Part shown: one piece after another, positions 1-4,516 of the stretch
Numbering within the stretch: the first letter of the stretch is position 1
Layout: each line of letters opens with the position of its first letter
From: a virus
Taxonomy: Duplodnaviria; Heunggongvirae; Uroviricota; Caudoviricetes
Virus record (IMG/VR): IMGVR_UViG_2713896791_000013
Length of the DNA: 4,516 nucleotides
Reading direction: 5' to 3' (one strand)
The notes under the pieces: generated by a model
What the model saw: only the letters and a program-made list of their open reading frames with translations
The model's database searches: none
Told to the model about the DNA's origin: nothing
Position numbers and translations under genes: made by a program

Positions 1-17
1 ACCTTGGTTTAAGAGAA
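1..17. promoter_or_regulatory. Partial crossover site for a serine invertase (left, cix/gix/hix-like); outer half lies beyond the window
   Basis: Bottom strand reads TTCTCTTAAACC-AA-GGT. This fits the recalled hixL (TTCTTGAAAACC AA GGT...) and gixL (TTCCTGTAAACC GA GGT...) pattern of TTC....AAACC, a 2-bp core, then GGT. The site sits at the outer boundary of the repeat, as in P1. Confidence 0.6.
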
Positions 18-681
18 CTCGGTACCAGCGGTGAAAAGATCCCCCTGTTGAGCACGGCTAACACATGGAGTGCGCGCCAGACTTTCAACGGCGGGATCAC
101 CGGGGCGCTGACAGGGAACGCCGACACCGCGACGAAATTGAAAACAGCCATAAACATTAATGGCGTCAGGTTCGATGGTTCTGGTGACATTAATATCAAT
201 ACTCTGGTATCGCGCGGTCGCGTAACGGCCTTGGAGGCGAATGCACAGGGAACATCCGGGATTCAGCTGTATGAGGCATACAACAATGGCTACCCTTCCC
301 CCTATGGCAATGTGCTTCACCTTAAAGGTGCCACCGCTGCTGGCGAAGGTGAGTTATTCATTGGCTGGAGTGGCACGAGCGGTGCCCATGCGCCCGTACA
401 TATCCGTTCGCGGCGGGATACTGATTCTGCCAACTGGTCTGAATGGGCGCAGGTCTATACGTCAAAAGATTCAATTCCCGGCGTCAATGCCAAAGGGGAT
501 CAGGATACTTCCGGCAATGCTGCTACGGCGACCAGATTGCAGACGGCGCGCACTATTAACGGTGTTTCGTTTGATGGTTCTAAAAACATTGAGCTAACGG
601 CTGAAAATTTAAATCTTGAGCAAACCGTAGAACTAGCCGCTGGATCATTGCAGAAAAACCAGAACGGCGCGGATATTCCTG
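1..681. repeat. Left inverted repeat (IR-L), 681 bp, coding for the shared part of the tail fibre
   Basis: Reverse complement of 3836..4516, checked directly at both ends. Three overlapping frames give identical mirrored ORF translations (9..320 with 4197..4508, 241..597 with 3920..4276, and the main fibre frame), which implies nucleotide identity throughout. First mismatch is at 682 (g) versus the complement of 3835 (a). Confidence 0.9.
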
Positions 682-1562
682 GAAAAGATACCTTCACTAA
701 AAATATTGGTGCATGTCGCGCTTTTCACAGTTCTATTAGTACAGGTGCAGGGAACTGGACAACGGCACAATTGATTGAATGGCTGGATTCTCAAGGGGCA
801 TTCAATCACCCATACTGGATGTGCAAATGTTCATGGTCATACGGCAATAATAAAATTATAACCGATACTGGCTGTGGAACTATTCATCTTGCAGGTTGCG
901 TTGTTGAGGTTATGGGTAATAAAGGTGCCATGACCATCCGTGTAACAACGCCAAGCACTTCCACCGGTGGCGGAACCACTAATGCGCAATTTACGTATAT
1001 AAACCACGGTGGAGATTACGCACCAGGCTGGCGGCGTGACTACAGTACCAAAAATCAGCAGCCTGCATTTGCTTTAGGGCAGACAGGAAGCACTGTTGGA
1101 AATGACAAAGCTGTTGGATGGAACTCAATTAGTGGCGTTTATAATGCGACTATTGGTGGAGCATCAACATTGATTCTTCACTTTAATATGAATGCGGGGA
1201 GTTGCCCTGCTGTTCAGTTCCGTGTGAATTATAAAAATGGCGGTATTTTTTATCGTTCAGCGCGAGATGGTTACGGATTCGAAGCTGACTGGTCAGAATT
1301 CTACACCACAACACGTAAGCCATCAGCGGGAGATGTTGGTGCATATACCAAAGCAGAATGTAATTCACGATTTATTACAGGTATTCGATTAGGTACAAAA
1401 TCGTCAGTGCAAACATGGAATGGTCCTGGTTGGAACGATAAATCTGGTTATGTTGTTACTGCCTCAATCAACTCAAATAAGGACGAACTTATTGATACAA
1501 CTCAGGCAAGACCTGTGCAGTATTGTATCAATGGCACTTGGTATAACGCGGGAAGTATTTAA
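3..1562 (+). CDS. Tail fibre protein, C-terminal portion, variant A (5'-partial). Shared region is encoded in IR-L; variant-specific receptor-binding domain from 682.
   Basis: Long ORF ending at TAA 1560..1562. The track's 'M' at 48 is a TTG codon, and the frame has no stop back to nt 3, so the gene starts upstream of the window. Contains the fibre-like repeat motif GNA.TAT.L.TA..INGV.FDGS twice. Followed 2 nt later by a chaperone gene. Confidence 0.85.
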   Translation, partial: LGLRELGTSGEKIPLLSTANTWSARQTFNGGITGALTGNADTATKLKTAININGVRFDGSGDININTLVSRGRVTALEANAQGTSGIQLYEAYNNGYPSPYGNVLHLKGATAAGEGELFIGWSGTSGAHAPVHIRSRRDTDSANWSEWAQVYTSKDSIPGVNAKGDQDTSGNAATATRLQTARTINGVSFDGSKNIELTAENLNLEQTVELAAGSLQKNQNGADIPGKDTFTKNIGACRAFHSSISTGAGNWTTAQLIEWLDSQGAFNHPYWMCKCSWSYGNNKIITDTGCGTIHLAGCVVEVMGNKGAMTIRVTTPSTSTGGGTTNAQFTYINHGGDYAPGWRRDYSTKNQQPAFALGQTGSTVGNDKAVGWNSISGVYNATIGGASTLILHFNMNAGSCPAVQFRVNYKNGGIFYRSARDGYGFEADWSEFYTTTRKPSAGDVGAYTKAECNSRFITGIRLGTKSSVQTWNGPGWNDKSGYVVTASINSNKDELIDTTQARPVQYCINGTWYNAGSI

Positions 1563-1564
1563 TT

Positions 1565-2098
1565 ATGCAGCATTTGAAAAACATCAGATCCGGAAATCCA
1601 AAAACTGTTGAACAATATGAATTGACGCGACAATTCGGTGTTGTCTGGTTGTATTCTGAGGACGATAAAAACTGGTATGAGGAACAAAAGAACTTTCAGG
1701 ATGACACTATAAAAATTGCTTACACATCAGATGGAATTATTGTGGCTATAGATAAAGACGTATCTACAATAAATCCAGAAGGTTTAAGCGTTGTTGAGGT
1801 TGCTGACATTACTGCAAATCGCCGTGCTGACATTTCGGGTAAATGGATGTTCAAAGATGGCGTAGTGATAAAGCGAACTTATACCGAGGAGGAACAGAGG
1901 CAGCAGGCAGAGAATGAAAAACAAAGCCTGTTGCAACTTGTCAGGGATAAAACCCAGCTATGGGACTCACAGCTACGGCTGGGTATCATTTCAGACGAGA
2001 ATAAACAAAAATTAATCGAGTGGATGCTCTATGCGCAGAAAGTCGAATCTACAGACACCTCCAGCCTGCCAGTAACGTTTCCCGAACAACCAGAATGA
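1565..2098 (+). CDS. Tail fibre assembly chaperone (Mu U / P1 U / Tfa family), cognate to variant A
   Basis: 177-aa ORF with ATG at 1565, 2 nt after the fibre stop, and a GGGAAG Shine-Dalgarno-like sequence at 1550..1555. N-terminus MQHLKNI..GN.KT.EQYELT...W.YSED.KNWYEE is recognised from memory as typical of enterobacterial phage tail-fibre assembly proteins. Paralogous to the 2126..2653 ORF. Confidence 0.85.
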   Translation: MQHLKNIRSGNPKTVEQYELTRQFGVVWLYSEDDKNWYEEQKNFQDDTIKIAYTSDGIIVAIDKDVSTINPEGLSVVEVADITANRRADISGKWMFKDGVVIKRTYTEEEQRQQAENEKQSLLQLVRDKTQLWDSQLRLGIISDENKQKLIEWMLYAQKVESTDTSSLPVTFPEQPE

Positions 2099-2101
2099 GA
2101 G

Positions 2102-2121
2102 AAGGCCCGCTATCGGGCCTT
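2102..2121. terminator. Candidate bidirectional terminator hairpin between the convergent chaperone genes
   Basis: Perfect 8-bp GC-rich stem AAGGCCCG / CGGGCCTT with 4-nt loop CTAT, in the 27-bp gap between stop codons at 2096..2098 (+) and 2126..2128 (-). Followed by AATTTT on the + strand; the U-tract is weak in both directions. Confidence 0.5.
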
Positions 2122-2125
2122 AATT

Positions 2126-2653
2126 TTACTCTGGTTTTTGTGGCCATTCTGGCTTTGCCGTATCCACGCGGCTGACCAGAACGCTGTAGCGTTCCCAGGC
2201 TTCCAGTCGTGTACGTTCCTCATCTGTTGCCATATTCAGCCTGACAGCGCGCTCCAGTGGCTGAATAACGCTTTCCGCATCGGAAAGTAACGCGGCCTTT
2301 TGTGATTCGGCCTGTTGTTGCTGTTCTTCTGCCGTATAAATCCGTTTAACCACAGCTCCGTCCTTAAACATCCACTTACCGGAATCATCGGCCCGACGAT
2401 TGGCTGTTATATCGGGGACTTCAACAACGCTAAAGCCTTCAGGATTAAGTGTGGAGGCATCTTTAGTGATGGCTACAATAATATTATTTTCATCGTAAAC
2501 AATCTTTATTGTGTCTGGCTGAAAATTCTTTACCTCTTCATACCAGTTCTTCCCGTCTTCAGAGTAAAGCCAGATAACTCCGTGCTTCTTTGTTAACTCA
2601 TACTGCTCCGGTGTTTTAGCATTACCAATTTTTATGTTCTTTAAGTGGATCAT
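2126..2653 (-). CDS. Tail fibre assembly chaperone (Mu U' / P1 U' / Tfa family), cognate to variant B
   Basis: 175-aa ORF on the minus strand, with its ATG (2651..2653) 1 nt after the variant B fibre stop (2655..2657). About 74% identical to the 1565..2098 product over the first ~123 residues (counted by hand); the last ~55 residues are divergent. Confidence 0.85.
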   Translation of the reverse strand: MIHLKNIKIGNAKTPEQYELTKKHGVIWLYSEDGKNWYEEVKNFQPDTIKIVYDENNIIVAITKDASTLNPEGFSVVEVPDITANRRADDSGKWMFKDGAVVKRIYTAEEQQQQAESQKAALLSDAESVIQPLERAVRLNMATDEERTRLEAWERYSVLVSRVDTAKPEWPQKPE

Positions 2654-2654
2654 A

Positions 2655-4514
2655 TTAAACGCTCGCTACATTATACCAGGTGCCATTTATATATTTTTGA
2701 ACGGGTCTGTAATAAACGCCAGCTATATTATCGGCAGAATTGGACCCTGTATCCTGAACATTTATACCAGACAATACATGACCTGAAGGGCACTGGAAGT
2801 TCCATGTTTGCCAGTTGTTCACACCATAATATTGCTGTGAGCCAAGCCGAACATCTTTCACATATCGGGAATCAATGTTACCCCAGTTGCTTGGTTGTAT
2901 CTGACCGTTTACAGCAAATATCACCGAGTTATCTGTATTTCGCTGACTATAGAAATGCCAGCCTGAATCATCACCAAGCTCTGCAACAGTTGGTCTTGAC
3001 GAATTTCCCCACAAGTTAAATGATGCATTACGGGCAGCGGTATTTGCACTTGAAAGTGTGAAGAACTTACTTTCCCCAGCCTGAATACCCTTTAATGATC
3101 TTGCTGAACCATTTATAAAGCGGAATACATGCACACCATTAGCATAAGCATCCAGCACCCCATCACCATTTTGTTTAAACCCGGTATCGTTATCTCCTAA
3201 AACTATTGAATTTCCACCCAGGGCATTAGCCGTTCCAATCCCCAGATTTCCGCTAAAAATGGCATTAATACCGAATATTGAGTGAGAACAATAAAACCCT
3301 CGCCCATTGTTAAAATCCAGAATGGCTTGTGCGTTCGTGCTTTCTGTCGCGGGATTAGTTGCTCCCCACTTATATGTTGTTTGACCGACGGTATAATCCT
3401 GAGTTGGAACAATAACCGTTAGCCCTTCTTCAGCAGAAACCCGCACAGGAAAAGCCCTGCCTTCAACGTAAAAAACGCTGCATACATCATCTTCTTTAAG
3501 GCTTGTTACAATGGAATGGATTGCGCGCTCATTAGTCTGATACGTCGAAAAATAACCTGCCGCATATGAACCACGATCAGTCCAGCCACCAGGCATTACC
3601 ATTCCATTGAATTCGCAGTTATTCATTTCGTAATTACCACCGGCAGATGTGGTCGTTATAATCACTCTGGAAGCCAGCTCGCCAGTGCTGCCTGTGGAAC
3701 GCTGGAAAATAACTGGATACCACTTTCCACCAACAGCATTAGACGGCGCGTTAAATACGTACTGCCGCATTCCTTTTTTCTTATCCACCTCGCCTTTGCT
3801 GTAAACATTAATGTTACTCAGGAAGCGATCTTTATCAGGAATATCCGCGCCGTTCTGGTTTTTCTGCAATGATCCAGCGGCTAGTTCTACGGTTTGCTCA
3901 AGATTTAAATTTTCAGCCGTTAGCTCAATGTTTTTAGAACCATCAAACGAAACACCGTTAATAGTGCGCGCCGTCTGCAATCTGGTCGCCGTAGCAGCAT
4001 TGCCGGAAGTATCCTGATCCCCTTTGGCATTGACGCCGGGAATTGAATCTTTTGACGTATAGACCTGCGCCCATTCAGACCAGTTGGCAGAATCAGTATC
4101 CCGCCGCGAACGGATATGTACGGGCGCATGGGCACCGCTCGTGCCACTCCAGCCAATGAATAACTCACCTTCGCCAGCAGCGGTGGCACCTTTAAGGTGA
4201 AGCACATTGCCATAGGGGGAAGGGTAGCCATTGTTGTATGCCTCATACAGCTGAATCCCGGATGTTCCCTGTGCATTCGCCTCCAAGGCCGTTACGCGAC
4301 CGCGCGATACCAGAGTATTGATATTAATGTCACCAGAACCATCGAACCTGACGCCATTAATGTTTATGGCTGTTTTCAATTTCGTCGCGGTGTCGGCGTT
4401 CCCTGTCAGCGCCCCGGTGATCCCGCCGTTGAAAGTCTGGCGCGCACTCCATGTGTTAGCCGTGCTCAACAGGGGGATCTTTTCACCGCTGGTACCGAGT
4501 TCTCTTAAACCAAG
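2655..4514 (-). CDS. Tail fibre protein, C-terminal portion, variant B (5'-partial). Shared region is encoded in IR-R; variant-specific domain 2658..3835.
   Basis: Long minus-strand ORF ending at TAA (complement of 2655..2657). Identical to variant A through residue P211 of the track translation, then unrelated. Frame is open to the window edge; the track start at 4469 is TTG. Variable domain is about 100 aa longer than A. Confidence 0.85.
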   Translation of the reverse strand, partial: LGLRELGTSGEKIPLLSTANTWSARQTFNGGITGALTGNADTATKLKTAININGVRFDGSGDININTLVSRGRVTALEANAQGTSGIQLYEAYNNGYPSPYGNVLHLKGATAAGEGELFIGWSGTSGAHAPVHIRSRRDTDSANWSEWAQVYTSKDSIPGVNAKGDQDTSGNAATATRLQTARTINGVSFDGSKNIELTAENLNLEQTVELAAGSLQKNQNGADIPDKDRFLSNINVYSKGEVDKKKGMRQYVFNAPSNAVGGKWYPVIFQRSTGSTGELASRVIITTTSAGGNYEMNNCEFNGMVMPGGWTDRGSYAAGYFSTYQTNERAIHSIVTSLKEDDVCSVFYVEGRAFPVRVSAEEGLTVIVPTQDYTVGQTTYKWGATNPATESTNAQAILDFNNGRGFYCSHSIFGINAIFSGNLGIGTANALGGNSIVLGDNDTGFKQNGDGVLDAYANGVHVFRFINGSARSLKGIQAGESKFFTLSSANTAARNASFNLWGNSSRPTVAELGDDSGWHFYSQRNTDNSVIFAVNGQIQPSNWGNIDSRYVKDVRLGSQQYYGVNNWQTWNFQCPSGHVLSGINVQDTGSNSADNIAGVYYRPVQKYINGTWYNVASV

Positions 4515-4516
4515 GT
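3836..4516. repeat. Right inverted repeat (IR-R), 681 bp, mirror of IR-L
   Basis: Same evidence as IR-L; position p on the left corresponds to 4517-p on the right. Confidence 0.9.
4500..4516. promoter_or_regulatory. Partial crossover site for a serine invertase (right), inverted relative to the left site
   Basis: Top strand reads TTCTCTTAAACC-AA-GGT at 4500..4516. The core dinucleotide is AA here and TT at the left end, the inverted orientation needed for inversion rather than deletion. Confidence 0.6.

Larger units (their letters stand above)
1..4516. other. Invertible tail-fibre host-range segment (P1 C-segment / Mu G-segment type), complete from crossover site to crossover site
   Basis: Window start is the exact reverse complement of window end, and this identity runs 681 bp inward. 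The interior holds two convergent cassettes, each a fibre C-terminal domain plus an assembly chaperone. Both fibre frames are open to the window edges. Confidence 0.8.

Noticed and set aside
48-50. Track start 'M' at 48 (and its mirror at 4469) as the true start codon of the fibre genes
   Set aside because: The codon is TTG and lies inside an open frame that continues without a stop to the window edge, with no ribosome-binding site ahead of it. It is an internal Leu codon of a longer gene that starts outside the window.
9-697. Small ORFs inside IR-L on other frames or the opposite strand (9..320 -, 241..597 +, 500..697 -)
   Set aside because: They are fully embedded in the long fibre ORF and have no start context. 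Their exact copies in IR-R are a consequence of the inverted repeat, not independent evidence.
1183-3412. Other short ORFs in the variable region (1183..1368 -, 1420..1611 +, 2315..2596 +, 2645..3019 +, 3203..3412 -)
   Set aside because: All overlap or lie antisense to the fibre or chaperone genes, and they read like translations of AT-rich antisense sequence. None has independent support.
3811-4508. Mirror-image small ORFs inside IR-R (3811..4017 +, 3920..4276 -, 4197..4508 +)
   Set aside because: Same reason: these are the reverse-complement images of the IR-L shadow ORFs, nested in the variant B fibre gene.
1-4516. Diversity-generating retroelement acting on the fibre tip
   Set aside because: There is no reverse-transcriptase ORF and no short template/variable repeat pair with adenine-specific differences. 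The repeat is 681 bp, perfect and inverted, with crossover half-sites at its ends, which fits site-specific inversion.
1-4516. Assembly artefact or palindromic mis-join producing the mirrored ends
   Set aside because: The identity stops in-frame at a codon boundary region and is followed by two different, complete and sensibly organised fibre-tip plus chaperone cassettes. The ends coincide with recombination half-sites. An artefact would not give this architecture, though read-level confirmation is still advisable.
1-4516. CRISPR array, tRNA/rRNA genes or an IS element with transposase
   Set aside because: No short direct repeat-spacer pattern, no tRNA-like sequence, and no transposase-like ORF was seen. 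The terminal inverted repeats are coding and far longer than typical IS ends.

Overview
The window appears to be a complete invertible DNA segment of the phage tail-fibre host-range type, organised like the phage P1 C-segment (and, with shorter repeats, the Mu G-segment). Its two ends are perfect inverted repeats of 681 bp (1..681 and 3836..4516), and the outermost 17 nt at each end look like the inner half of a Hin/Gin/Cin/Pin-family crossover site. The repeats are coding: each encodes the same 211 or more residues of a tail-fibre protein whose reading frame is open to the window edge, so the promoter, true start and N-terminal part of the fibre gene lie outside. Between the repeats are two unrelated alternative fibre C-terminal domains, each followed by its own tail-fibre-assembly chaperone gene; the two cassettes converge on a short hairpin at 2102..2121. 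No recombinase gene is present, so the invertase is predicted to lie just outside. All calls rest on reading the sequence and the supplied ORF track; no database search was possible, and identity to P1, Mu or any specific prophage is not established.
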